DNA of 64,000 bases from a virus. Where the stretch lies: positions 11,883-75,882 of the IMG/VR virus record IMGVR_UViG_3300025030_000081. The stretch is one strand, 5' to 3'. Under the pieces are notes generated by a model, which was given only the letters and a program-made list of their open reading frames with translations, was not told the origin of the DNA and made no database searches. This document shows, in pieces, positions 18,441 to 27,671 of the stretch. Both the position numbers and the translations under genes were made by a program. Positions within the stretch are counted from its first letter, which is position 1. Every line of letters starts with the position of its first letter.

Positions 18441-20475
18441 AGTATTCTCCCATAGGGCGTTGATTACCGTCAGGGCATAGTACCATCGTATCCGCAGTAA
18501 GTATATGGGTTTTTCCATCAACAGTTACTTTAAATTTTCGACCACTGTTTACTGCTTGTTGTAAATCCGGCATGGTATCTTTAAAGTAACTATAGGCGCG
18601 GATGGAGTGGCCGTCGAAACCGTCGAGGTAGACCTTCATCTTGTTCGGATCCCTGGTGGTCAGGGCTGAGACCATATCCTCCAGGGAATTGAAATCAGCG
18701 CCGCCGAAGAGCCATCCGGCGATGCAGCCGAAGCAAGTTTTAATCAGCTCCCCCCAAGTGGATTTTGCAGGGATGTTGGTTAGGTTGGGGTTGGAACTGG
18801 ACAGGCGTCCGGATACGGTCCCACCCAGGTTGAAGTTTCCATAGAGGCGCCAGCTGCTATCCGGCATCTGTACGGCCTTCTCGAAGGCAGGGATGAACGA
18901 AGTCAGGATCTTGTCCACTTGAGCCAAACCGATCAGGGATTCGATGATCTCCAGGATGTCCTGATTCTGGGTCTGGTGCAGCAGTTTCTCCAGGGTGTCC
19001 CCGCCGGTTGCCGGCTGACCGGTATCGGTGGTATCCAGGACCGGTAATCCCAGGTAGGTGTAGAGCAGGTTGGCTACCTGTTGGCCGCTGTTCGGGTTGA
19101 ACTCCAGACGGGCCACCCTCGGGTCGTCCATGTCGAAGACTTTCTTCTTGGCGGCCGCGGTGAACTCGGCGCATTTCTGAGCCTTCACTTCCAACTGGAA
19201 TTCCCGGATCAGTTGGGAGTTGTCGAGCTTGGCCTTGTACCCATCACTCAGCGTAGTCAGGGCTTGCTTGACTCTGGCCACCTCATCCGGGAAGATCGGC
19301 ATGCCGGACAGCTCGGTCTGCAGCAGGGTGATCAGGGAAGGCTTGAACAGCTCCTCGTAGATCCCCATCTGGTTGCTGCTGATCATGCGCGTGTAGTACT
19401 TGTGGTAGACGTACCAGGTGCCCAGGGTGTCCTTGCCGTTGTACTCCAGCAGGCGGGGCAGCTCGATCTTGTCGGTATCCTCGATGTTCTCCTCGGCGTA
19501 ATCGCCCAGGTAATCCGCGGCGAGCACCTTGAGTTTCAGGACGTTTTCCACAGCGTTGTTGGTGGCGAGGTACGTGATCAGCTTGGTGTCGTCGAAGTTC
19601 CTGGTCAGGATCTGGATCCCCTGGATCATACCCCGGTAGTCCTGGAGGTCGGTCATCCAGAGCTCATAAACCAGAACCTTGAAGTCGTAGCCGGCGTTGT
19701 GTGCGATCAGTCTGCCCCGGTAGTTCTCGAAGAAAACCTTGAGCATGTTCTTTACGTAGCTGCCGAACGATTGGGTGAAGACGGTGGTTACGTCTTCTGG
19801 AAAAGAGCCGCGGTCCACCGGGATCGAAATGAAGTTGTGCTGGTCCCAGGCGAAGGCAATGGTGGCGATCCCGCAGTTCCAGAATTCCAGACTGCGGCTC
19901 TCGATGTCGACCGTCAGCGCAGGCTTGGTGTGGAGAAATTCCAGGGCATCGGAGATCTCCGCCAGCGTCATCGGGTACCGGGCGGAATGGATGACGTTGG
20001 TTCCCGGGGCGACGTACGCTCCCGACAGGTGCTGCTTCAGATAGGCCAGAGCGGTGTCGACTTCTTTCGCGGTATGCGGGTTGTACTTGGCCGCGTTGTA
20101 GTTGGGCGCGTAGAAGACGTCGAAAGCGTCCTCGTACCCGGTGAGGCTGGATTTGACTGCGTATCCGATGTAGTTGGTGGCTGCCTTCTGCTTGCCGGTG
20201 AGGTACTTGAAGTACTTCGCGTCGGTCACCAGGATGGTGCCGATGCACAGCGACTTGACCGAATGGAGCAGCGTCTGGAGATGCTCCTTGGCCAGCGCTG
20301 CCTGGCATTTATCGTTGTCGTCGTACCAGAGGCTGTACGCTATGAACCCGGCCGGGTTGGCGCCGATCGGGTCGATGTAGGCCGACTTGATCTTTCCGCT
20401 GTTGAAGCTGGTTTCCTTGACGAGGATGGCGACCGATGCTGAAGCGGGGTCAGCCCCGTAAGTGGCGTGCTGCAT
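18418..20475 (-). CDS. Family A DNA polymerase (N4 gp39-like), N-terminal fragment with 3'-5' exonuclease and motif A
   Basis: TVDIES, AHNAGYD, YNGKD exonuclease motifs; GTVSGRLSSSNPNL; GADFNSLED motif A. Confidence 0.92.
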   Translation of the reverse strand: MQHATYGADPASASVAILVKETSFNSGKIKSAYIDPIGANPAGFIAYSLWYDDNDKCQAALAKEHLQTLLHSVKSLCIGTILVTDAKYFKYLTGKQKAATNYIGYAVKSSLTGYEDAFDVFYAPNYNAAKYNPHTAKEVDTALAYLKQHLSGAYVAPGTNVIHSARYPMTLAEISDALEFLHTKPALTVDIESRSLEFWNCGIATIAFAWDQHNFISIPVDRGSFPEDVTTVFTQSFGSYVKNMLKVFFENYRGRLIAHNAGYDFKVLVYELWMTDLQDYRGMIQGIQILTRNFDDTKLITYLATNNAVENVLKLKVLAADYLGDYAEENIEDTDKIELPRLLEYNGKDTLGTWYVYHKYYTRMISSNQMGIYEELFKPSLITLLQTELSGMPIFPDEVARVKQALTTLSDGYKAKLDNSQLIREFQLEVKAQKCAEFTAAAKKKVFDMDDPRVARLEFNPNSGQQVANLLYTYLGLPVLDTTDTGQPATGGDTLEKLLHQTQNQDILEIIESLIGLAQVDKILTSFIPAFEKAVQMPDSSWRLYGNFNLGGTVSGRLSSSNPNLTNIPAKSTWGELIKTCFGCIAGWLFGGADFNSLEDMVSALTTRDPNKMKVYLDGFDGHSIRAYSYFKDTMPDLQQAVNSGRKFKVTVDGKTHILTADTMVLCPDGNQRPMGEYYDKHRVT

Positions 20476-20478
20476 AAC

Positions 20479-20715
20479 TCACCTTCCCCATGTAATTTTT
20501 TGATCCTTGGCTTGTAAAGCCAGCTCATGCACCTGGTCAGTGGCGGCCTTGGCCCATCCCAGCATGTCATCCTTAGCGGGACCTTCCGAGTAATGGACAG
20601 CGTCTTCCTTTATTCTTCTGGCACTGCTTTCCAGGGTATTTACTACGGCCTTCATGATGTCATGTTGCTGGCCACCTGACAGGTGAGTCATATCAATGAC
20701 GATCTGTTTCTGCAT
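20479..20715 (-). CDS. Hypothetical protein
   Basis: GGAG RBS, operonic position. Confidence 0.6.
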   Translation of the reverse strand: MQKQIVIDMTHLSGGQQHDIMKAVVNTLESSARRIKEDAVHYSEGPAKDDMLGWAKAATDQVHELALQAKDQKITWGR

Positions 20716-20729
20716 GGAAGCTCCCTTGA

Positions 20730-20930
20730 TTATTTACGTTTTGATGCTTGCCAAGCTTCATCCAGAATCTCCTCCGTCGGGTTGAAGCTGTCGACGTTGT
20801 CCGCAGCCCAGAGAATGTACCCGGGATCTTCCTCGAGAACCTCCGTGATTGATTCGTGCTTATGCTTGCCGAAAGGGAAGACGTAATCGTAGTTATGCTT
20901 CAGTAGATCACCTATGGTCGTCATGTGCAT
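20730..20930 (-). CDS. Small FGK(H/Y)K-motif protein (DUF3820/ExoX C-terminal-like)
   Basis: FPFGKHK..I.EV...DPGYI.W motif. Confidence 0.7.
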   Translation of the reverse strand: MHMTTIGDLLKHNYDYVFPFGKHKHESITEVLEEDPGYILWAADNVDSFNPTEEILDEAWQASKRK

Positions 20931-21115
20931 CCTTTACGGGCTTTCCACCCATTCGCTGGTTTGCTGGCTCTAAGTCGCCAGGTACTTTGCCCGTCCCCTC
21001 AACGCAGTCTGCACCGCCTCGATCTCAATAATCTTCTGATGAGGGTCCTGTTGTTCCAGGTACGCCTTGCGGCTCCGCATGTCCCCGTGGGCTGTTATCG
21101 ACATGCGAATTTTTA

Positions 21116-21575
21116 TGGTAGCCACAGACTATTGCCACCTGTCTTAACCGACCGGGATTCGGGCAGGCTGGCTCAATGGTGTGCTGGCACTCTGCATTAC
21201 GCGCGGGCTTGTGACCGCCGTCGGCTGCATTTCCTCCCGTGGTGTGGCATTCCAGGCCGGTGTTTTGGTCGCTGTCCTAACGAGTCCTTGGGCGACTCTT
21301 CCACGGGGCTAGTCAGAGGTTGTCCCCAGCGTGAAGGCTGTGCCAACTTGACCCCAAATTGGTGCCGGCTTCCCACCGGCTTGAGGATTCGCTGCTTTTA
21401 GTATGAAGGTGATCTGCATCCTTAATATTGCACCTTGAATTGCCAGTCTCTCCCGGCTGTCGCGCCACTTTAGCGTATAGCATCGGTTCCAGCACTCATG
21501 TCACCGAAAACGGGAGTTGCCGTCTCTCCGGCTGTCACCCCTCATACAGATCTTGGCGAGGTTACCGTGAGGCGA
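21116..21575 (-). ncRNA. Array of putative structured non-coding RNA modules
   Basis: No convincing ORF; two copies of G(U/C)GACA-GCCGG(G)AGAGAC(U)GGCAA; several multi-helix units ending in ACCA. Confidence 0.5.
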
Positions 21576-21578
21576 AGG

Positions 21579-22007
21579 TTACTCTTTGCCCAGGTTCTCG
21601 ATCTGTCTCCGGCAGGACTCCAGGACGTCGTACGCCCTGTCCGGGCTGACCAGATCCACCAGGCCGATGGCCATGCGGAGTTTGTAGTCGAACTCATCCT
21701 GTTTTTTCTGCAGTTCAACGGCGCGTGTCGTCATCGAGTCGTGGACCAGTTGATTCAAGGTGGCCCCGAACGTTCCGTTGAATTCGTCGATTGCCTCGTT
21801 CAGCTTGTTTCGCAGGTCGACGAGCCCTTCTTCGAGGTTGTTGATCCGGGTGGCTGCCAGGATGAGCGATCTGTTGTTTGATTCCTGGATGATGGCCTTT
21901 GTCGTTTTCACCGGAAAGACCTGGTCGAGTTTAACCCGGTGCCGGTCGCTGAACACACCGACGTGCCGGTGAACGAATGTCCTCTGTTCCTCTGTGCAGG
22001 GCGCCAT
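21579..22007 (-). CDS. Hypothetical coiled-coil protein
   Basis: ORF with host-like codon usage, operonic. Confidence 0.6.
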   Translation of the reverse strand: MAPCTEEQRTFVHRHVGVFSDRHRVKLDQVFPVKTTKAIIQESNNRSLILAATRINNLEEGLVDLRNKLNEAIDEFNGTFGATLNQLVHDSMTTRAVELQKKQDEFDYKLRMAIGLVDLVSPDRAYDVLESCRRQIENLGKE

Positions 22008-22008
22008 G

Positions 22009-22173
22009 TTACAGGGCCACCGACAGACCGCGAAACGCCTTCAGTTCCTTGGCGATCTCCAGGGATGTTTTGCGCGCCCGGGTGCCGGCTGCCTTGTTGC
22101 CGTTCAGCTGCTTGGCCGAATCCGTTTTGAACTCTTCCATCAGCTTGCTAATCTTTTCCAGATGCTGTTCCAT
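22009..22173 (-). CDS. Histone H1-like Hc1-family protein, 54 aa (not in ORF track)
   Basis: AGGAGG RBS; MEQHLEKISKLMEEFKTDSAKQLNGNKAAGTRARKTSLEIAKELKAFRGLSVAL contains the GNKAAGTRARK Hc1 signature. Confidence 0.85.
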   Translation of the reverse strand: MEQHLEKISKLMEEFKTDSAKQLNGNKAAGTRARKTSLEIAKELKAFRGLSVAL

Positions 22174-22515
22174 ACTTCCTCCTGTAGTTCTGCTTGGGTT
22201 GCCTCAAGATGAGGTTTTTGTGGAGCCAGAGACTCGACAATCGTTAACCGCTGGACGCCCGATTCTGACGAGGTCGACGGAGGGTATTTCCATGATGCCA
22301 CGATTACCTTTGGTGTGGTCGTTGTTAAAGAGCAGCTTGAAGAGGTAGCCGATAACTGCCCCGAGTATCAGCGCATTCCAATTGTTCATGTGGTTTCCTG
22401 GTGGTCTGTGGTAATAGGCAAAACGCATAAAACAGTGCGACAGGCCCGTTTGCCACGGGTACGTTAAACCACACTGCCCATATGGGATGCAAGATTTTTC
22501 TTTCAGGAGTGTCGA

Positions 22516-23088
22516 TTATCTGCTTTCCAGCAGCAGCTTGTTCATGAGCTGGTCACGCAGAATGGCGATGGTGTGGGCGTAATGTTCCTTGATGGCCTCG
22601 ATGTTCCTGCGGGTGGTTTCGATGGGTTCCCAGTGGTGGGGTTGGGTACCGGAGATATCACCATCGATTATGGCGTATTCGGCAGCCAGGAACTCCCCTC
22701 TCAGATGGCCTACCAGAATAGCTGGCAGAAGCTCGTCCAGAACGATCCCATTGGCAGAGGCGCTGAGTACGGCGCGGAAGTAATTGGACACCTCGATGGT
22801 GCCGGCAGTGGTGGTGCGTCTTACGATCCCGTCATACGCCTCGTACAGCGAGTAATGCAGGGCAGGAGCCACCACGTTCACCAGGCGTACCGTCTCTCCG
22901 TTTCTGGTCGTGTTGGGGTAGATGGTACCGTTATAGGTGAAGTAGCTGGCGGTCACTCCCCGGAGCTTGGCGTTCTGGCCCGCCAGCTCCTGGTAGTCCT
23001 GATAGGCCACCTGGTTGATGTAGCGGAAGGCTTCGGTGGTGAGTACCCGGAGGGCCATTTCTTTCAGGGAATTTATTGATTCGGCCAT
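22516..23088 (-). CDS. Hypothetical protein (position similar to N4 gp38)
   Basis: GGAGG RBS; lies between helicase and polymerase. Confidence 0.65.
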   Translation of the reverse strand: MAESINSLKEMALRVLTTEAFRYINQVAYQDYQELAGQNAKLRGVTASYFTYNGTIYPNTTRNGETVRLVNVVAPALHYSLYEAYDGIVRRTTTAGTIEVSNYFRAVLSASANGIVLDELLPAILVGHLRGEFLAAEYAIIDGDISGTQPHHWEPIETTRRNIEAIKEHYAHTIAILRDQLMNKLLLESR

Positions 23089-23110
23089 TGGTCCCTCCGT
23101 TGGTTTTGGA

Positions 23111-23467
23111 TCACGCCTTGGGTGTCAGAAGCTCGGGGTTCTCGTAGATGTTACCAACCACAGTAGACCAAACGTAGGCATCTACCATGTCTTGAATGTC
23201 GTCACCGAAGTCACAATAGAAACCGGCGTATTTGGGTTGCCATGTCACGGTACAGAAACTCTCATCGTCTGAAAGTACATCCCCCTCGTAAATCTCCTTG
23301 CTGTTCTTGTCGAGGATGCCGGTGAACTGCCGCCTAGCAACAAGAGTGTGCCCCTTGTATAAGACGCCTACGGTTAACTCTTCAACCTGCTGCAACGTTA
23401 GGACGCTTTCGGTGAGGCATCCCGTCTCGTTGTGTTGCTGGATATAGCTGAACTTGAGCTCTCTCAC
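23111..23467 (-). CDS. YopX-family protein
   Basis: GTG start; QFTGILDKNSKEIYEGDV...VVGNIYENPELL. Confidence 0.85.
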   Translation of the reverse strand: MRELKFSYIQQHNETGCLTESVLTLQQVEELTVGVLYKGHTLVARRQFTGILDKNSKEIYEGDVLSDDESFCTVTWQPKYAGFYCDFGDDIQDMVDAYVWSTVVGNIYENPELLTPKA

Positions 23468-23487
23468 TTCTCTTCCCCCGTTTTGGT

Positions 23488-24804
23488 TTAGCGGCAGTAC
23501 CGATCCGGCAGGTGTCCGTAGCAGACAACCTGCTTCGCCGCCCGGGTTATCCCGACGTACAAGAGCCGGGCCACATCGGTGGCGCTCCAGTTCCGGCCGA
23601 TATCGGCCAGGTCCAGGAACACGGTGTCGTAGGTGCTCCCCTGTGATTTGTGGAGCGAGCTGGAGTAGACCGCCCTCAGGTCGAACCAGGTCTCCTTGAT
23701 CTCGAAGTACTTCTTCCACTCCTTCTCAGTAGCCAATTTCTGCATCAAGGCTTTGGCCTGTTTAAAGTCGGTGGGCATGAAGCTGACGTAGGTGTGATCC
23801 AGTTCGATCATGCGCCCCTGGACACCGTAAACAGTGGTGTCCTGGGGGTTGATCCCGGTGATGGTCACCTCGGAATCGACCGATCGGCTGTAGCTGCTGT
23901 TGCCCTTGATGAACTCGTTGGTGACCACAACCTCGCCGGTTCTAAATCCGGCCGGTAATCCCAGGGCTTGCCGGATGTGGCTGTTGTACTCCTGCACCCG
24001 CTCGTTGGTCCAGGCCAGTACCCGGCTAGTCGACGGCTTCCAGTTCGGATCCTTGAAGGAGCTTTCGACCAGATGCTGGAAGGTGGGCCCGTCCACGTGG
24101 ATCACGTCCTGCTTGTTGTACTGGATCGGCTGGAAGTTGCCGCTTTCAACGGTGCGCCTGAACTGGGTTCCGGTAGCCAGGATGTGCCCGCTATTCCGGA
24201 CAATCTCGTCCAGGGACACCTTGGTGCATTGCAACGTGTCCATGGCGGAAAACTGCTGTCCGACCGGTGCCAGCTGGTACTTGTCGCCGATGTAGACGAT
24301 CTTGGCTTTGGCCTGCTGCTTGAGGATCTCGCAGATGATCGAGTGCAGTTCCTCGCTGATGAAGGAGGCTTCGTCGATGAAGACCAGTGGGGCGATGTTG
24401 TCGAACGACGAGAATGCCTGGGCGCCACCGTTGGAGAAAGACAGGTTGGTTTTGCCTGTCTTGATGTCGTTGGTCACCTTCAGCCCCAGCAGCGAGTAGA
24501 TCGTGCTGAGCTGGATGTCATCCCGGATGGCCAGCAGATCGGCCAGAAAATCGTCGATCACGTTGACCGCCTTGTTGGTGGTGGCGGTGATCTTGATGTC
24601 GAATTCCTTGACGTCCTTTTGCAGCAGCAGGCAGTACGCCTTGTACTTGGCGTAGAAAGTCTCCAGCAGGTGCTTGATCAGGAAGCTTTTGCCGGTACCC
24701 GCCGCACCCTGGACGACGAAGAAGTTCTCCTCACCCACCAGAAAATCCAGAAAGGCATTGGTGGCTTTTTGCTGATCTTGGGTCAGCGTTATGTTAGGTG
24801 GCAT
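23488..24804 (-). CDS. Dda/RecD-like SF1 DNA helicase (N4 gp37-like)
   Basis: GAAGTGKS, FIDEAS, GDKYQLAPV, HKSQGSTY, LYVGITRA. Confidence 0.92.
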   Translation of the reverse strand: MPPNITLTQDQQKATNAFLDFLVGEENFFVVQGAAGTGKSFLIKHLLETFYAKYKAYCLLLQKDVKEFDIKITATTNKAVNVIDDFLADLLAIRDDIQLSTIYSLLGLKVTNDIKTGKTNLSFSNGGAQAFSSFDNIAPLVFIDEASFISEELHSIICEILKQQAKAKIVYIGDKYQLAPVGQQFSAMDTLQCTKVSLDEIVRNSGHILATGTQFRRTVESGNFQPIQYNKQDVIHVDGPTFQHLVESSFKDPNWKPSTSRVLAWTNERVQEYNSHIRQALGLPAGFRTGEVVVTNEFIKGNSSYSRSVDSEVTITGINPQDTTVYGVQGRMIELDHTYVSFMPTDFKQAKALMQKLATEKEWKKYFEIKETWFDLRAVYSSSLHKSQGSTYDTVFLDLADIGRNWSATDVARLLYVGITRAAKQVVCYGHLPDRYCR

Positions 24805-25069
24805 CGTCTTGAACTCCCAGTAGTTTGATCATCTTCTGTTCACGATACTCTTTTTGCGTGACGGTATGTATTACTACGTCCGGCTTGTCGTCCGTGAAGA
24901 CAACCGTTGAACCGCCGGAATGCCGCTCGATCGGTTCCGCCTTTTCCAGGGCAGCCAGGAGCGCTACGCCGTCTTTGTAGGGGAGGATGATGTTGAAGTA
25001 GTAGCCGAGGCTGATCGTCATATAGGACACGACCACGTCGAGTTCCGAATTGGTAGGAGTTTTAGCCAT
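24794..25069 (-). CDS. Hypothetical protein
   Basis: Coupled ORF in operon. Confidence 0.6.
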   Translation of the reverse strand: MAKTPTNSELDVVVSYMTISLGYYFNIILPYKDGVALLAALEKAEPIERHSGGSTVVFTDDKPDVVIHTVTQKEYREQKMIKLLGVQDDAT

Positions 25070-25805
25070 GACCTACTCCCAGCAGGGTATCCATGCTGTC
25101 CCTCTGGTACTGCTCCCTGGTTATCACCGGATAGTGGGCGCCCATGGTACATGCGTAGTAGACGCTGTCGTCTTCGACATGCACCCCACCGGTCTTGTCG
25201 GCCTCTTTCAGAAAACCGACGGCGATGGGGTACTGCCCCTGTGCCAGTACGAGATAGCGCTTAAGATTGGTGAGGATCTGGGCGATGCCACTCGTGACTT
25301 CCCGGGCGTAGTCGACCTTTGTGGTGAAGGCTTTGACGATGTCTTTGCGCTCCTGCAGGATCTCTTGGTAGACCTTGTTGTTCTGGTTCCAGTCTTCCAG
25401 GCCGGCGGCTTGTTGAGCCACGGTGTCCTTGATCTTTGCGAACTCTGTCGCGGAATACGCCGGGGTGCTCTTGATGTCCGGCCGGTAGTAGTCGTTCTCG
25501 GGCATGGGTTCGAGGACCTGGACGCCGTTATCGGTGCGCGTTCTCCACAGCCCTTTTGCCGTCATGAGACGGATGATCTCTTCGGCGTCCTCGATTTTGA
25601 GGAAACCCCAGTTGCCTATTTTGTAAAGGACGGTGTCCGGCTTGCTGGCCGCCGTTTCCGGTTTCGGTCCCGGGTGGGGCGGCAGCAGACTGATCCCAGC
25701 ATGGGCGCACTCCAGATCGATGGTCTGCAGGTACCTTTCCGAACCGATCGGAATAGCGAGGATCTCTTCGTGGGTGAGGTCGGCTAAGCGTTTAAGGGGT
25801 TCCAT
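25062..25805 (-). CDS. Hypothetical protein
   Basis: GGAG RBS; coupled ORF. Confidence 0.65.
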   Translation of the reverse strand: MEPLKRLADLTHEEILAIPIGSERYLQTIDLECAHAGISLLPPHPGPKPETAASKPDTVLYKIGNWGFLKIEDAEEIIRLMTAKGLWRTRTDNGVQVLEPMPENDYYRPDIKSTPAYSATEFAKIKDTVAQQAAGLEDWNQNNKVYQEILQERKDIVKAFTTKVDYAREVTSGIAQILTNLKRYLVLAQGQYPIAVGFLKEADKTGGVHVEDDSVYYACTMGAHYPVITREQYQRDSMDTLLGVGHG

Positions 25806-25816
25806 TTATGGCTCCG

Positions 25817-27016
25817 TTATTTTTTCAAGATGTTGTAGTGGATCACCCGGCCGTGGTCGCATTTCCAGGACGGATCATCGTGGATGATCCAGAGCAGGGG
25901 GATGCTGCTGTTCTTGGGTGACGTCTTGGTAAACTCGCCGTCGGTGAATACCAGGATCAGCGTCGGCCGGTGTTCGGCCACCCAGTCATGGACCGGCTGG
26001 ATCCTCGTTCCCCCGCGCCCGACGAACTTCAGTTCCTTGAACGGGTTCTGGTCTTCCCGCAGCTCCTGGGTGCTTTTCAGCACCGTGTTGAAGTCGATGA
26101 CCGTGATCTTCTTCGGGTGCATGGTCTGCTGGATTTCCGCGATTTTGGTGATGAAGACATTGAACTCCTCGTCCGACACGGAGCTGGAAGAGTCGACCGC
26201 AATGGCGATATGGGGCAGCGCTTCCGAATGGGCAACCGGCATGTAGTGGTCCGGCAGGAAGCGCTTGTTCGGGCGCCGGAACGAGTAGTCGTCGTTGGCG
26301 AAATCGGTCAGGTAGTTCTGCAGGATGATGTGCCAGGGAAGTGGCGGGTTCAGGGTATTGGCCAGCTCGATCTCGACCTCGCCAGGTATGCTCCCCGGAG
26401 GCTGCTTGGCCAGCTTTGCCTGGGTTGTCGCGCGCAGGATGATGGTGGTGACTTCGTCCTGTCCAACGGCCTGTCCCGGTGCAGCCTGCTCCGGGTAGCT
26501 GACGTCGGCCCCGTTCATGCCGCTACCGTTATCCGTGCATTGCTTGAGGATGTTGCACTTCTCGGTTTCCGACTTCTTGTAGATGATGTCGTACACCTGT
26601 TCCGTGTTCATGCCATCGTACTTGTGGTCGAGCAGGCCGCCCTTGGGCAGAGCGTACTTGGCCGTGTCCAGGAAGCCGTTGATGACGTAATCGGCGGCGA
26701 TGTTGTACCACTTCGGATCCCGGTCACCGCGGCGGTGCATGTGATCCAGCGCCACATGGAGTACCTCGTGGGCCAAGAGGCCGATCCGCTCATTGGGTGT
26801 GAGGTCGGTGAAGAAGATCGGGTTCACCAGCAGGGATCTGCCATCCGTCGCCGCGGATGGTATCTCCTCGGTGATGAGCTGCTTCATGGAGAAGAGGATG
26901 GTGGTGTAATATACGGTATTTTTCTGCATCATCAGCGTGATCTTGGCTATCTTCAGGGCGTCTGCCGCATCCTGCAGTATGCACATACTGGCTCCTTTAG
27001 TGTTACAGTTTTTCAA
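25817..27016 (-). CDS. Metallopeptidase-vWA domain protein (N4 gp25-like)
   Basis: AATDG, LLAHEVLH (HExxH), NIAADYVIN; VDSSSS MIDAS, GRGGT, FTDG; start may be 26985. Confidence 0.88.
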   Translation of the reverse strand: MKNCNTKGASMCILQDAADALKIAKITLMMQKNTVYYTTILFSMKQLITEEIPSAATDGRSLLVNPIFFTDLTPNERIGLLAHEVLHVALDHMHRRGDRDPKWYNIAADYVINGFLDTAKYALPKGGLLDHKYDGMNTEQVYDIIYKKSETEKCNILKQCTDNGSGMNGADVSYPEQAAPGQAVGQDEVTTIILRATTQAKLAKQPPGSIPGEVEIELANTLNPPLPWHIILQNYLTDFANDDYSFRRPNKRFLPDHYMPVAHSEALPHIAIAVDSSSSVSDEEFNVFITKIAEIQQTMHPKKITVIDFNTVLKSTQELREDQNPFKELKFVGRGGTRIQPVHDWVAEHRPTLILVFTDGEFTKTSPKNSSIPLLWIIHDDPSWKCDHGRVIHYNILKK

Positions 27017-27386
27017 ACCTTCCCTTGGCGCCCCTCTTGACCGTCGGCTTTGGTTCCGACTTGAGCAACCGGTACTGGTCCTTTTCCCCTTTCCATGCCA
27101 GGTCAGCGTCCTTCCTATCCTGGTCGGTGATCTCTCCCCAGAACTCGTCCAGGGCGAGCTGCACCCGGGCGAAGAAGCGTTCCGTCGCCAGCAGGTACTC
27201 GTCCTTGACCCTTCCCTTGATGTGGCGGTCCACGGCCTTGATCTTGTAGAGGATATCCTTGACCTCGGCGTGCGGCATGGAACCCCTGTTGAAACGGGTC
27301 TCCAGATCGGTGAAGAGCGCGTCCCCCATGGCCAGTAGCGCCAGGGAACGGGAGTCTTGCTTACTTACCATAATTTCGATCTGCAT
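27003..27386 (-). CDS. Hypothetical protein
   Basis: AAGGAG RBS before ATG 27386. Confidence 0.55.
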   Translation of the reverse strand: MQIEIMVSKQDSRSLALLAMGDALFTDLETRFNRGSMPHAEVKDILYKIKAVDRHIKGRVKDEYLLATERFFARVQLALDEFWGEITDQDRKDADLAWKGEKDQYRLLKSEPKPTVKRGAKGRFEKL

Positions 27387-27391
27387 TAAAT

Positions 27392-27652
27392 CTATGCTCC
27401 TTCGGGACTGTGGTGGTTGATGAGCTCGTGGGCGTGGAGGGACAGGAGTCGGTCCTCCTCGGCATTGAGACGCGCCTGGTAGGCGTAGCGGGTTTCCCCG
27501 TTGATGTAGAAGAACCATTCGTCGGCCGTGTAGTTGACGCCGTCGTGATGCCGGCTGCCGCACCTGACGCAACAGAAATGCCTGACCCGTTCAGCATCTC
27601 CGGCGTCGCGATAGTAGCTGAACTTGCTCATCTGGGTTCCGCAGCATTCCAT
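27392..27652 (-). CDS. Zinc-ribbon-like small protein
   Basis: CCG...CVRCG. Confidence 0.6.
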   Translation of the reverse strand: MECCGTQMSKFSYYRDAGDAERVRHFCCVRCGSRHHDGVNYTADEWFFYINGETRYAYQARLNAEEDRLLSLHAHELINHHSPEGA

Positions 27653-27671
27653 ATCGTGATTCCTTTGTTGA

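Noticed and set aside
17926-18600. Group I intron or canonical split intein in the DNA polymerase
   Set aside because: No non-coding space or P/Q/R/S elements; no Cys/Ser1 or His-Asn splice residues; the downstream fragment has its own RBS
21360-21434. Canonical tRNA gene (75 nt ending in ACCA)
   Set aside because: No 7-bp acceptor stem, D-arm or TTCRA loop; kept only as a tRNA-like module
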